Shown here in pieces: positions 11,466 to 20,768 of a stretch of 64,000 nucleotides of DNA (the first letter of the stretch is position 1; every line of letters begins with the position of its first letter). The position numbers and the translations under genes are program-made. Source of the DNA: an uncultured Planctomycetota bacterium (lineage in GTDB: Bacteria; Planctomycetota; Planctomycetia; Isosphaerales; Isosphaeraceae); the NCBI GenBank assembly GCA_963845755.1, contig CAWJTV010000041.1, forward strand, positions 640,001-704,000. The letters are read 5' to 3'. Below the pieces are notes generated by a model. The model saw only the letters and a list, made by a program, of their open reading frames with translations, had not been told where the DNA came from and did no database searches.

Positions 11466-12539
11466 TCAGAGCGAGCCGGAATCAACGACCTCGCTCCCCG
11501 AGCGCGTCGACACCGATTGCCAAACACCGGGAGTCGGAAGATTGACCCACCAGCCGCCGGCGCTCCGCGAAGCGCCAGCGGGTTTCCCGCTGACTGGACT
11601 CAAAGGCCAAGACTGGATCGAATCCTTGACGAATCGCACCGATCCATCCCCCATCAAGACGTTCACGCCACCTGGGTGGAGGCTCGAAGCCGAGCTGGTC
11701 CACGACCCTGTCGCACCCAGCGTGACTTTCTCGTAGGCGTTTGGGGGATAGAGAGCCGCGATCAAAGTGTCTCCCCAATTACCCGTGATGTACCAGCCGT
11801 GCTTGGCAAAGAGATTAGGATCGACCACATCCAACTCCTGAAGGATCGTCGTCAACTTCTCGGCCACGAAGATGGTGTTGCTCAATCCATCGGTGACGGA
11901 GGCCAGGCGGATCGGTGAGAGATCGTTGAATACGCCGTTGGACTGGGCCAGGAGCGGTGAGGCCACAACGCAGCCGTTACGAGGCGAGGGGAACGCATCC
12001 ACAGCCAGAGAACCCATCGAGCCTGCGTAGCTGGTGAACACCATCCACGAGGGATCGGGAACCCCGAATCGAGTCAGGGCACCGGGGTTGAGCCTGCGGG
12101 GTGAGCCGGACATCGGATCGCTCGGACAGGCGAAGCAGGAAATCGCCACCGAATGCGCCGTGCTGTTCTCGGCGCCCACGATGGCCAGGCTCTGATTGAT
12201 CGCGTTGAAAAGGGCACTCTCTTCCAGGAACGGCAGGATGAAGACCTCGAAGCTCTTGTCAATGAACATGGCCGTACAAGGAGGGTTGGACCCGTCGTAC
12301 CGCGGATCGTAGGTTGTGATGCGACCGGGTGGCAGTGATGTGAATGCATCATGGTAACCGTGCAATGCCAGGCCGATCTGATTGAGGTTGTTCGTGCATT
12401 GGAGGCGACGGACCGACTCACGGGCCGACTGCACGGCCGGCAGCGTCAGTGCGATCAACAGACCCACGACTGAGATGGCGACGAGCATCTCAACGAGAGT
12501 GAAGCCAGGCGACCTGGTCCAATTAGCTGGAGTGTTCAC
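11466..12539 (-). CDS. DUF1559 (PulG-like) protein with prepilin N-terminal cleavage motif and H-X9-DG C-terminal motif
   Basis: [80 protein letters not shown]. Probable GTG start at 12539. Confidence 0.92.
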   Translation of the reverse strand: MNTPANWTRSPGFTLVEMLVAISVVGLLIALTLPAVQSARESVRRLQCTNNLNQIGLALHGYHDAFTSLPPGRITTYDPRYDGSNPPCTAMFIDKSFEVFILPFLEESALFNAINQSLAIVGAENSTAHSVAISCFACPSDPMSGSPRRLNPGALTRFGVPDPSWMVFTSYAGSMGSLAVDAFPSPRNGCVVASPLLAQSNGVFNDLSPIRLASVTDGLSNTIFVAEKLTTILQELDVVDPNLFAKHGWYITGNWGDTLIAALYPPNAYEKVTLGATGSWTSSASSLHPGGVNVLMGDGSVRFVKDSIQSWPLSPVSGKPAGASRSAGGWWVNLPTPGVWQSVSTRSGSEVVDSGSL

Positions 12540-13278
12540 TTGCCAAACCCTCGGGCGGCCCGCCGAGGGAGCCGGCCTCACTACCTTTGATCCGACCTTT
12601 CTGGATGGCCCTTCCCTTCCGATACAGCAGGACACCAATGGCGAAGGCGCCAAGGGCAAGAGCCGTCAGTCCCACGGTTTCATAGGTCTTGCGCGTTCTG
12701 ACCGTTGAGAGCGTTCGCTCAACGTCGCCGAGACCGAACGCGGCCAGTGTGAATTCGCGAGAAGGCGTCGCTGTGAGGGCGAATTCCGAGAGGGTGTAGT
12801 TGTTGCACAATTCAAAGCGCCTACCTGTAGTTTGGGTCTTAGTGTATTCGATCTCGGTGGGTACAGCGACGCCATTGACCTGCTGGTAATGCACCGAACC
12901 GCTGTAATGCAAGGAAGACTTCGAACCATTTTTGATAATCTTATCATGCGTGTATTCGTAATTCTGGATTACCCAGTTCATCGACGGGTCCAGGACAAGC
13001 CAGCCCACAATCGTTGGCTTCTTTGGGTCGGGGTCGCGGTATTGGAACGAGACCTTTAGTGTCGTCCTTCCATTTTCCGACACTTGGTCGATCCGTTTGA
13101 TTTCGTAATTGGGAGAATCCACGAGAGAGGGGTAGTTCGGATGGTCGGGCATGAAAAAGCATTCGGGGGGCGAATAGGGAGCATTCTTGACCATTTCCCT
13201 GTACTCTGGCCTGCCCCCCAAAACCTGGTCCAGTCTTAATGGGGATCGTACAACTGGCACAGAGCCAGGGAGCGACCC

Positions 13279-13554
13279 ATGCGAAAACGACCGAGTCCGG
13301 ACCAGATTGCATCCATCCTTCGAGACTTCCAAGCCGACCTCGACGCCGGCTTGACCCTCCACCAGGCCTGCCGCAAGGCCGGCATCGGACCGACGACCTA
13401 CTACCGCTGGAAGGCTCTCCAGGAGGAACCTATATCGCGTGAACAATTTCACATTTCAGAACTCGAAGCCGAAATCGATCGCCTCAAGCTCCTGGTCGCC
13501 GAGCTGGCGCTGGACCGCCGCATGCTCCAGGAGGCCTTGAAAAAAAGGCCATGA
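13279..13554 (+). CDS. IS3 transposase OrfA (HTH)
   Basis: QACRKAGIGPTTYYRWK...LEAEIDRLKLLVAELALD; ends in the A7G slippery run at 13540-13547. Confidence 0.9.
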   Translation: MRKRPSPDQIASILRDFQADLDAGLTLHQACRKAGIGPTTYYRWKALQEEPISREQFHISELEAEIDRLKLLVAELALDRRMLQEALKKRP

Positions 13555-14452
13555 CTGCCCCCAGACGCCGCATGATCGTCAAAGAATTATGTGAAGAATT
13601 CCACGTATCTCAACGCCGCGCGTCGCGGGCGCTGGACCTGGCCCGGTCCGGCCTTCGCTACGCGCCGGTCGTTCGCGATGAGCAGGTGGCGCTGGCTCGA
13701 CGCATCGAGGAACTGGCCGGGGCCCGACCGCGGTTCGGCTACCGGCGGATCTGGGCCTTGCTGGATCGCGAGGGCTGGACGGTCAACAAGAAGGCCGTGC
13801 GTCGAACTCTATCGCGAGCTGGGGCTGAAAGTGGCCCAACCGCGGGCCAATCCCAAGCTGTGCCGGGCTCATGGGCAGGACGAGAATGCCTGCCACCTCC
13901 GGCCCGCGCGGGAAAAACGACGTATGGACATGGGACTTTATCTTCGACCGTACCAGTGACGGTCGAAGTCTCAAATGGCTGAGTATTGTTGATGAATATA
14001 CTCGAGAATGCTTGGCCTTGGAGCCGCGCCGGGGTATGACGGCCGAGGACATCCGGGTCATCCTGGCCGAAGTCGCGGCCGGTCGCGGCGGCCCGCCGTG
14101 CCGGATGCGAAGCGACAACGGGCCGGAGTTCGTTGCCGAGGTGGTGCGGTCGTGGCTGGAGGACACCGGCTCCGGGACCTGGCCCGTGGCGCCGGGGAGC
14201 CCCTGGCAGAACGGTTATGCGGAGTCGTTTCATAGCAAGGTCCGTGACGAGTTCCTGAACCGCGAGGAATTCGAGAGCGAACCGCAGGCCAGGGCGTTGG
14301 GCGCGCTCTGGATGGAGGAGTACAATACCGAACGCCCGCACAGTTCCCTGGGATATCAGACACCGGCCGAATTCGCGGCCACTTGTGTGAGGTATGTGCC
14401 TATCGATGAAGACCCGCCCGATCCCTCGTCTACTGAATCAACGAACAGGTGA
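13551..14452 (+). CDS. IS3 transposase OrfB (rve/DDE integrase core), with two extra indels near 13805 and 13910
   Basis: PRFGYRRIW, WTWDF, SIVDEYTRECL, RSDNGPEF, PGSPWQNGYAESFHSKVRDE, YNTERPHSSLGYQTP. Confidence 0.9.
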
Positions 14453-15359
14453 TTCCCATTATCACTGGACCAAGAAATGGGGAGCAGGCCACTCGAAGAA
14501 GGTGGCTAAAAAGAAATTCCCCACCTCCTGGCCAACCTGTCTTTCAAGAAAGTAAGGGCCATCTGGCGTCTGACGGCGACCGGAAAAGAAGTTGCTTCCC
14601 CCCTGGTTGATGAAGAACCGATCGAAGTAATGCGGGGTCTCCCGCACGAATACGGCCCTTTCGCTGCCGTTGCAGGATAGGTAGGAATACCTCAAGATGC
14701 CCAGAGGCGGACGAGCCTGCGTCTTGGTCTTTGAGGATTCATCTCTCTTGCCAGTTGTCCGAACCGTTCCCTCGATCCTGGCATTGCGATAGGTTTCCTC
14801 AAGGTCGCGCAGCTTTTGTCGGTACCTGGGGAGGAAATCACCGGGAGCAGTCTCAACCGCCTGTGCTTTGGCCCGCGCGGGATCGCCAGGGAGGCGGCGA
14901 GAATCAGCCAGACGAGGCAGCGAAGAACGGAAGATGCGGGAGAGACGTGGGAACCCCACGGGAATCTGTGCGTCATGTCATCTCGCCTCCACTTACCCAT
15001 CGATGGCTTGAGTCGCCTGTTGATGGCTGTGTCCTGCGTTCTACAGCGGAAGGAATCGCGAGGGTTCCCCTGAACACCTGGAAACGCTGGGGGTTGGCCT
15101 CCGGGCTCGGTGCGGTCCGCGTCGCGGCGGGGCTAGGACCGTTCGCCGCAACTGGCCGCAAGATCACCGGTTCTGACGGGGCCGGGAGACTCGGTCCGCT
15201 GTAGAACCCGGCACTCCTCGGACAGCTAATGGAGTGCATGGTTACGAGGCTCGGCCCGGCGAAAGGCGGTGGTGTTCGCCGAGGAGTCTCCCGTTCCCCG
15301 CCCTTAAGTACTGACGCTCGTACGCAAATCCGATCCTGAAGTTGCGCCGAGTGCCGATT

Positions 15360-15668
15360 TCAAGAGGGCGGGAGCCGCGACGGTGGCACGCAAATCCATT
15401 GCTGGAGGTATGCCGGGTATGTGCACCCGCAGCTTTGACAACCTGTATTTAGACTTAGAGCACAACCCCTCGCAGCATTCGTGCAGGACCCGCCCTTGTC
15501 GTAGTTTTCATTAGTGCAGTTGGGGTGGCCGCACGCGGAGGGGCCGCGGCTCGGATGGGCAAAGAGCGCCTGTGTGGGCAGAGCGATCATGCCAGTACCC
15601 AGGAAGAGGGCGGAGCCGAGGTAAAACGAGGAAACGCGCGATGCCAATTGACGCCGAGATTCGAACAT
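15360..15668 (-). CDS. Small secreted cysteine-rich protein (102 aa, 8 Cys in the mature part)
   Basis: Strong RBS AGGAGG upstream of ATG 15668. Leader MFESRRQLASRVSSFYLGSALFLGTGMIALPTQALFA, then ACGHPNCTNENYDKGGSCTNAARGCALSLNTGCQSCGCTYPAYLQQWICVPP. Confidence 0.7.
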   Translation of the reverse strand: MFESRRQLASRVSSFYLGSALFLGTGMIALPTQALFAHPSRGPSACGHPNCTNENYDKGGSCTNAARGCALSLNTGCQSCGCTYPAYLQQWICVPPSRLPPS

Positions 15669-15748
15669 GGGTGTCCTCCTTTGCGGGTTGATGAATGTCT
15701 CTCGACGAAAGAGCCCAAGTGTGGTGTGAGACGCCGGCGTATTCGATC

Positions 15749-16279
15749 TCATGGGTTTACGGCAGGCGAGACTGACGGGTTACGTATCTCGCCCTTGACC
15801 GTCAGCCCGATGCGGGGCTGTGCGGGGTTGGTCGTAAAAAGTTTGAGATCAAGGCCTACGTATCCCTTCGGTACTGCTCCTTCACGTTTTGGGTTGCGGA
15901 TCGATACAGGGAAGTCGCGGCTCTCGTTCGGCTCAAGAACGAACGGCATATCCTTCGGGACCACACAGTTACACCAAGCTTCGCACCCAGCGATGCGAAC
16001 GGGTGCGGCGCCGGTGTTCGTCAACGTGAATGAAACAGAGATTGGATCGCCAGGTGAAACGACTCCGAACGACTTCGTGTTCGAGTCCACCAGAATCGTC
16101 TCGCCTCTGAGGTAAACGTAAGCCGACCGGATTGCATTAAAGCCACCAACGATCCAGATTGCTGTGGCGAAAACAGTTATGGCCAGGCCGGCGGCGACGG
16201 GCTTCGCGGACGGCGAACTCACAATTCGCTTCCATCGGATGGTCGGTGCTCGCTGGCCGATCGCTTGCTCGGTCGCCAT
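15749..16279 (-). CDS. DUF1573 (Ig-like) membrane-anchored protein
   Basis: N-terminal TM (AAGLAITVFATAIWIVGG), then FGVVSPGDPISVSFTLTNTGAAPVRIAGCEAWCNC...LEPNESRDFPV...TTNPAQPRIGLTVKG, the DUF1573 pattern with CxC. Start uncertain (16279 or 16372). Confidence 0.8.
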   Translation of the reverse strand: MATEQAIGQRAPTIRWKRIVSSPSAKPVAAGLAITVFATAIWIVGGFNAIRSAYVYLRGETILVDSNTKSFGVVSPGDPISVSFTLTNTGAAPVRIAGCEAWCNCVVPKDMPFVLEPNESRDFPVSIRNPKREGAVPKGYVGLDLKLFTTNPAQPRIGLTVKGEIRNPSVSPAVNP

Positions 16280-16545
16280 CGTAATCGCCCTTTCGTTCCC
16301 AACCAGAAACGCAATCCCGGCGTCATTCGCCCTCTGGATCCACCTCGATGTTGACCTTGGTCTGGAAGCCAACTCTGCCGTCGGTCAAATAACCGGTCAC
16401 GTCAACGGAGAGCCGACCTTCGAAATCCGGATCATCGGACGGATTGAAGGTGACACTCAGGCCCATTGACTGGTTTGGTCCGAGCCGGGCCGGCGCCCGC
16501 GCACGTCGATGCAAAGGCACGACGTCTCGATGCGCTCAAGAGTAA

Positions 16546-17865
16546 GGAACAGCGAAAAAATAACCTGAGCAATTATTTCTGGGGGCGGATTGTGTAGTTC
16601 CACTCTCCGTGAAACTTGGCCGGCGTTAACTTGAGGCTAGCAAGTTGCTCGTCACTGACCTCGATTCCGGTCTCATATACGTCGGTATCCAGGAGGGCAC
16701 GCACCGTCAGGCCCGTCTTCGTCGTCGTATTCGCGATGAGGTTCACGATCACCTGGTAGCTCGTCAGCGGCCGGCCCCGCCAGTTCTTGGTAATGAAGCA
16801 GAAGAGCCGATGTTCGATTTTGTTCCATTTACTGGTCCCCGGTGGGAAGTGACACACGCGCAGCGACATACCCAAGTCACTGGCCAGGTCTTGCAATGCC
16901 AGCTTCCACAGTCGGTTGCGGCTGCCATTGCTTCCGCCCCCGTCCGCGGTGATCATCAATTGCGTAGCTCGCGGATAGCGCCGGCAACCCATCTCCCGCC
17001 ACCAGCGCCCGATGCTGGCCACCGCGAACCGCGCCGTATCGTGATCGATCCCCACGCTGACCCAGCCTTCGTTATGAGCGAGGTCGTATACCCCATAAGG
17101 GATCGCCTTACCCAACTTCTTGTCCGGGAAGTCATGGACTTTGACCTCCTCCGGCTCGCCTTTGGGTTGCCATTCCTCACCCGGGTTCTTGAATTCGCCG
17201 ACCAATTCCTTCTTCTTGGTGTCGACGGACACGACCGGTTGACTGCGCCTCTGGTATGCGATCACTTGTCGGTTGATGTACTCGAACTGGGCGTTGCGGT
17301 CCGGCTGCGAGGAGCCTTCTCTCGTCTTGCGATTGGCTTGCAGGCTATAGCCGGCCTTCTTCAGGAGGTGAGCGACCGCGCGGTCCGACACGGCGTGCCC
17401 CTGATTCCGAAGTTCCTCGGCCAACTTACTGGTGCTCTTACAGGTCCAGCGCAGCGGCGACTCCGGATGCCCTCGGGTCGCCGGATCGACCAAGACCTCC
17501 AAAGCTTGTTGCAATCCCGGGTCGGTCTCGGTCAGGAGCTTGCGACCGGCACCAGGGCGACGAATCCGCAACGCGCGGCTCGGCTCCGGATGAGCACGAC
17601 GATCTTCCAGTTCACGAAGCCCCGCCGCGATCGTATTACGAGCCACACCCGTAGCCAGGGAGACGGCCGTGACGCCGCCCCAACCCAAGGCGGAAGCCTC
17701 AGTAGCTACCCACAGTCTGCGTATCTGCTCGTCCATCACAGGAGACAGCGCCAGGTACTTCTGCCGGATACACTCAATGGTGGTTGTGTCTTGCATGCGG
17801 CAAGGATCGTCGAAGCCGCATAATTCCGCAACCCGAAATTGCTCAACTTATTTTTTCGCGGTTCC
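16546..17865 (-). mobile_element. ISAzo13-family insertion sequence, 1320 bp, 3-bp target duplication TAA
   Basis: End GGAACAGCGAAAAAATAACCTGAGCAATT matches the reverse complement of the other end, GGAACCGCGAAAAAATAAGTTGAGCAATT. TAA at 16543-16545 and 17866-17868. Confidence 0.92.
16573..17796 (-). CDS. ISAzo13-family (Rhodopirellula-type) transposase, intact
   Basis: PESPLRWTCKS, GYSLQANRK, SVDTKKKE, PYGVYD, DHDT, TADGGGSN, HFPPGTSKWNKIEHRLF, FHGEWNY. Confidence 0.95.
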   Translation of the reverse strand: MQDTTTIECIRQKYLALSPVMDEQIRRLWVATEASALGWGGVTAVSLATGVARNTIAAGLRELEDRRAHPEPSRALRIRRPGAGRKLLTETDPGLQQALEVLVDPATRGHPESPLRWTCKSTSKLAEELRNQGHAVSDRAVAHLLKKAGYSLQANRKTREGSSQPDRNAQFEYINRQVIAYQRRSQPVVSVDTKKKELVGEFKNPGEEWQPKGEPEEVKVHDFPDKKLGKAIPYGVYDLAHNEGWVSVGIDHDTARFAVASIGRWWREMGCRRYPRATQLMITADGGGSNGSRNRLWKLALQDLASDLGMSLRVCHFPPGTSKWNKIEHRLFCFITKNWRGRPLTSYQVIVNLIANTTTKTGLTVRALLDTDVYETGIEVSDEQLASLKLTPAKFHGEWNYTIRPQK

Positions 17866-18178
17866 TAAGCGACTTGGTTTGCGTGTTTTGGACCGAGAGC
17901 CAAGTCTCGGCCGGCTCTCCGGGATGGACGACGCCCAGAACGGCCGGTTCCGGGCTGATCGCGAGCGGGAAATGCGGGCGCGCCGGACTTGCCGGTTCTA
18001 ACGGGGGGGGGGCTTTATCCGATGATGCGGAGCCGAGGGAGGATAAGGCCAATGCTCCCAGCCCGATGACCGCCGGGATGGCGGTCCAGGTGAGCCAGCG
18101 TCCGCGACGAGATCCGTCGAGCAGGACACGCATTGGAGGACCTCGAATCGACTGGATGTCAACCCGACCTCTTTCCAG

Positions 18179-18208
18179 TCTATACTAGGCGTCGAACCGC
18201 GCTGTCAA
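18179..18208 (-). promoter_or_regulatory. Candidate sigma-70 promoter for the DUF1573 cluster
   Basis: Minus strand TTGACA-N18-TATAGA, about 45 nt upstream of ATG 18133. Confidence 0.45.
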
Positions 18209-18543
18209 GGCCCCAGTTTCCTGTTCGCAAGAATTATTTTTGGCTCATGGGCCAGGTTTTGGTGGTTGGGAGGATCAGGCCGGTCCTTGTGCTTCACGCG
18301 TCCCCACGCCACAGTTTGAAAACGCTTTTTCGAGAGCTCTCGCGGAACACCACGGGCCAGGAGTGGTCGGCCATGATTGTTGAGTATCCCTTCTGACATA
18401 CGCCCGCCCGCTCGCCGAAGTGCTGGGTCGGGACGGTTGTCGGGCGCGGGCCAGGAGGCCACTGTGACGAACGCCTTGCATGGCCTCGCAAGGATCGGTG
18501 GTCACAGAACACCCTAACGCGGCCTTCGGCCGCAACCCAGGTG

Positions 18544-18630
18544 GGATTCGAGATTCCCGATTCGAGATCCCTGATTCAAGATCCAGAAATCGTTCCATCG
18601 GGAATCTCGAATCTCGAATCGGGAATCCGG
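18544..18630. repeat. Heptamer tandem repeats (GATTCGA/GATTCCC type) in inverted arrangement
   Basis: gattcga gattccc gattcga gatccct gattcaa gatccag ... atcggga atctcga atctcga atcggga atccgg. Confidence 0.8.
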
Positions 18631-19387
18631 AAGTCCCCAGGTGCGCGCACGGGGCAGGGATCCTACGCAGGCAGACTCGACCGTCGGGGTTCGGGGGGTT
18701 CTTCAGGAGAAGGCTTTGAGCATGTGCAAGACAACTGTTATGCGCTCTTCGTCCCATCAGCTCGGTAGTTCACTTGTCAACCTCGCTGGAGGCCGGTCAG
18801 ATGAACCGGCCTCCTTCCCGTCCGTCCGACCTTCCTGTTGGTCTGCGAGCTTCGCCAACCTGCTCTCCCTTCGAGCCCGCCGGGAGGGCCGCTAATCCAC
18901 AGGCCAAAATTTTTTTCGGATTTTCGTATCCGCCGTTAAGGTCAACAGTTCGGGAGGCTCGGGGCTCCAAAACCGCCATAGGTGCATTAACCGAATTCAA
19001 ATCTTGCGGCATACTATGAGTATGACGCGCGCGCGATCACTTCGAAGCCACGCCGTGACACGGCGCCCACACCATCACGGATTCGACGCAACTCTTTTCC
19101 CGCCCGAAGTATCGGGAATGGCGCCCCGCCAAAAAGATGCTCAAAAATGCCACTTTGTGTCACGATCATCGCGGGGTGATGGCCTCGCGCGTCGCGATCG
19201 CATGGCCGGTGGAGAAATGGGGGGCGTTCCGGACAGGCCCTTTCCATCGGAGCCTTCCCGCAGCACGGTTTCGGAAATGTGCGTTCGGGACCTCTCGCAT
19301 GGCACAGCGGGTCAGGGGAAAGTCGGCAATGACCTTGGGTCCGTCGTTATCCGCGACTCGGATCACGCCGTCTGGCCGCCTCAAGTA

Positions 19388-19899
19388 TTACGTGGTCTGA
19401 CCCTTCGACTGGCGTCGAGCGGCCGCCGTCTCCTGTTGTCGGAGCTTCCGCGTCTCCTCGTGGAGCATCTGGCTGCTGCGGTTCATGAAGTCCAGGATGG
19501 TGGCCAGCTCCCGCTCGCTGTACCGTGCGCTCAGGTCGTTCACCGCGGTCGAGAGCGATTTCGAAAAGCCGGCCGATCTCGCGATAGCCCTTGGGAATCA
19601 CGCGAAGGATCACGCGGCGACGATCATTCGGGTCGTCCTCCCGGCGCGAACCCGGCCGCCTCCAGGCGGTCGATCACCCCCGTGATCGCGCCGGTCGTCA
19701 GGCCGGTCATCTCGGCGAGCTCGCCGGCCGTCATCAATCCCTTCGACGCCAGAAGATCGAGGCATTTATGATCGGTCGGATTCAGTCCCAGCCGGTCGGC
19801 GATCGCCTGGTGGAACATGATAGTGGCCGCGCTGAGCTCTCGCCCCGCCCGTTGCATCTCGTCGAGCAGACCGGTCCTCTCCGACGAGACCTCTGACAC
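19388..19899 (-). CDS. MarR-family transcriptional regulator (frameshifted)
   Basis: AIADRLGLNPTDHKCLDLL...MTAGELAEMTGLTTGAITGVIDRLEAAGF. Continues in other frames as DPNDRR/VILRVIP and ...YSERELATILDFM...QTT*. Confidence 0.88.
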
Positions 19900-19924
19900 G
19901 TCTTGACCTCCGCTTGAAAACTCA

Positions 19925-19945
19925 TTATCTTAGTTTGTGAGATAA
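19925..19945. promoter_or_regulatory. Palindromic operator between divergent MarR and methyltransferase genes
   Basis: TTATCT-tagtttgtg-AGATAA inverted repeat in an AT-rich intergenic patch. Confidence 0.55.
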
Positions 19946-19996
19946 ATGACCCTGGTGGGACGCGATCCCGCCGGCCCATTCTAGCGAGGGAATGCC

Positions 19997-20674
19997 ATGG
20001 ACACCAGCACATCGACGCGGCTCAAGAAGGGATACATAGGGATCGGGATGGAGGGCCCGCTTGCTCGTTGGTATGCGAAGTTGACCGGGAAGGACATGGG
20101 CGAGTTCCGCAGGCTGGCCGCGGCGCTGGCCGGGCGGATCCCGGAGGGGGGTGCCGTTCTCGAAGTCGCGCCGGGCCCGGGCTACCTGGCGATCGAGCTG
20201 GCGAGGCTCGGTGGCCATCGCGTCACCGGGCTGGACATCAGCCGATCCTTCGTCGGCATCGCCACCGAGAACGCGGCGCGGGCGGGTGTGCCGGTCGCAT
20301 TCCTGCACGGCAACGCCGCCGCGATGCCCTTCGAGCCCGACTCTTTCGATCTCCTTGTCTGCCGGGCCGCCTTCAAGAACTTCTCGGAGCCGGCCCGGGC
20401 CATCGACGAGATGCATCGCGTCTTGAAGCCCGGCGGCGAGGCCCTGATCATCGACCTGCGCGGCGACGTTTCTCCCGCGGAAATCGATGCCCATGTGAAC
20501 GGTATGGGGTTGGGCCGATTGGACACGTTCTTCATAAAATTCACATTCCGCCACATGCTCATCAAGCGAGCCTATTTGCCCGATCAGTTCCGAAGCATGG
20601 CCGCCGCGAGCCGGTTCGGATCGTGCGCGATCCAGGAGAACTCGATTGGCATGGAAGTGTCGCTTGTGAAATGA
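19997..20674 (+). CDS. Class I SAM-dependent methyltransferase
   Basis: VLEVAPGPG, VTGLDIS, GNAAAMPFEPDSFDLL, EMHRVLKPGG. Confidence 0.92.
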   Translation: MDTSTSTRLKKGYIGIGMEGPLARWYAKLTGKDMGEFRRLAAALAGRIPEGGAVLEVAPGPGYLAIELARLGGHRVTGLDISRSFVGIATENAARAGVPVAFLHGNAAAMPFEPDSFDLLVCRAAFKNFSEPARAIDEMHRVLKPGGEALIIDLRGDVSPAEIDAHVNGMGLGRLDTFFIKFTFRHMLIKRAYLPDQFRSMAAASRFGSCAIQENSIGMEVSLVK

Positions 20675-20768
20675 CCCGGCCCGGTGACTGGTCTCGCAGT
20701 CGAACCGAGAGGATGTGGAGGAATCGAGAAGATTCGAGATTCGATGAACGAAAACTCGATGCAGATCT

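Larger units (their letters stand above)
13207..14491 (+). mobile_element. IS3-family insertion sequence (IS407-like), 1285 bp, 3-bp target duplication CTC
   Basis: IRL TGGCCTGCCCCCCAAAACCTGGTCCAGTCTTAATGGG matches the reverse complement of IRR, TGGCCTGCTCCCCATTTCTTGGTCCAGTGATAATGGG. TG...CA ends; CTC at 13204-13206 and 14492-14494. Confidence 0.92.
12523..14976 (-). pseudogene. Exported protein with C-terminal TM anchor, interrupted by the IS3 element
   Basis: ATG 14976 after GGAGG gives a signal-peptide-like MTHRFPW...VLRCLVWLILAASLA, with a frameshift near 14875. The 5' half ends ...FFLATFFE at the IS; the 3' half resumes (E)YREMVKNAPYS... in frame and ends with a hydrophobic helix plus basic tail ([20 protein letters not shown]). 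Confidence 0.75.
16323..18133 (-). pseudogene. Second DUF1573 protein, interrupted by ISAzo13
   Basis: Removing the IS and one TAA joins ...LGVVHPGEPAETWLSVQNTQTKSL to TLERIETSCLCIDV (TSCxC motif). A further indel near 16495 leads to ...RLGPNQSMGLSVTFNPSDDPDFEGRL...EGE*. Confidence 0.8.

Noticed and set aside
13207..13452. N-terminus of ORF 12523-13452 as a real protein start
   Set aside because: It is antisense IS3 sequence; the real N-terminal half lies beyond the IS at 14492-14976.
14973..15239. 88-aa ORF between the Cys-rich peptide and the exported gene
   Set aside because: Pro/Ser/Ala-rich with no clear RBS or motif; cannot be supported as coding.
16645..17823. 392-aa plus-strand ORF, and similar long antisense ORFs at 20913-22055, 40942-42165 and 44454-46932
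   Set aside because: Shadows of real minus-strand genes, expected at high GC.
18544..18630. CRISPR array
   Set aside because: Period-7 degenerate repeats without unique spacers; no cas genes in the window.
18210..19387. Protein genes or a known riboswitch in the 1.2-kb gap
   Set aside because: The ORFs have low-complexity, shadow-like composition and I recognise no riboswitch consensus; an Rfam search would be needed.
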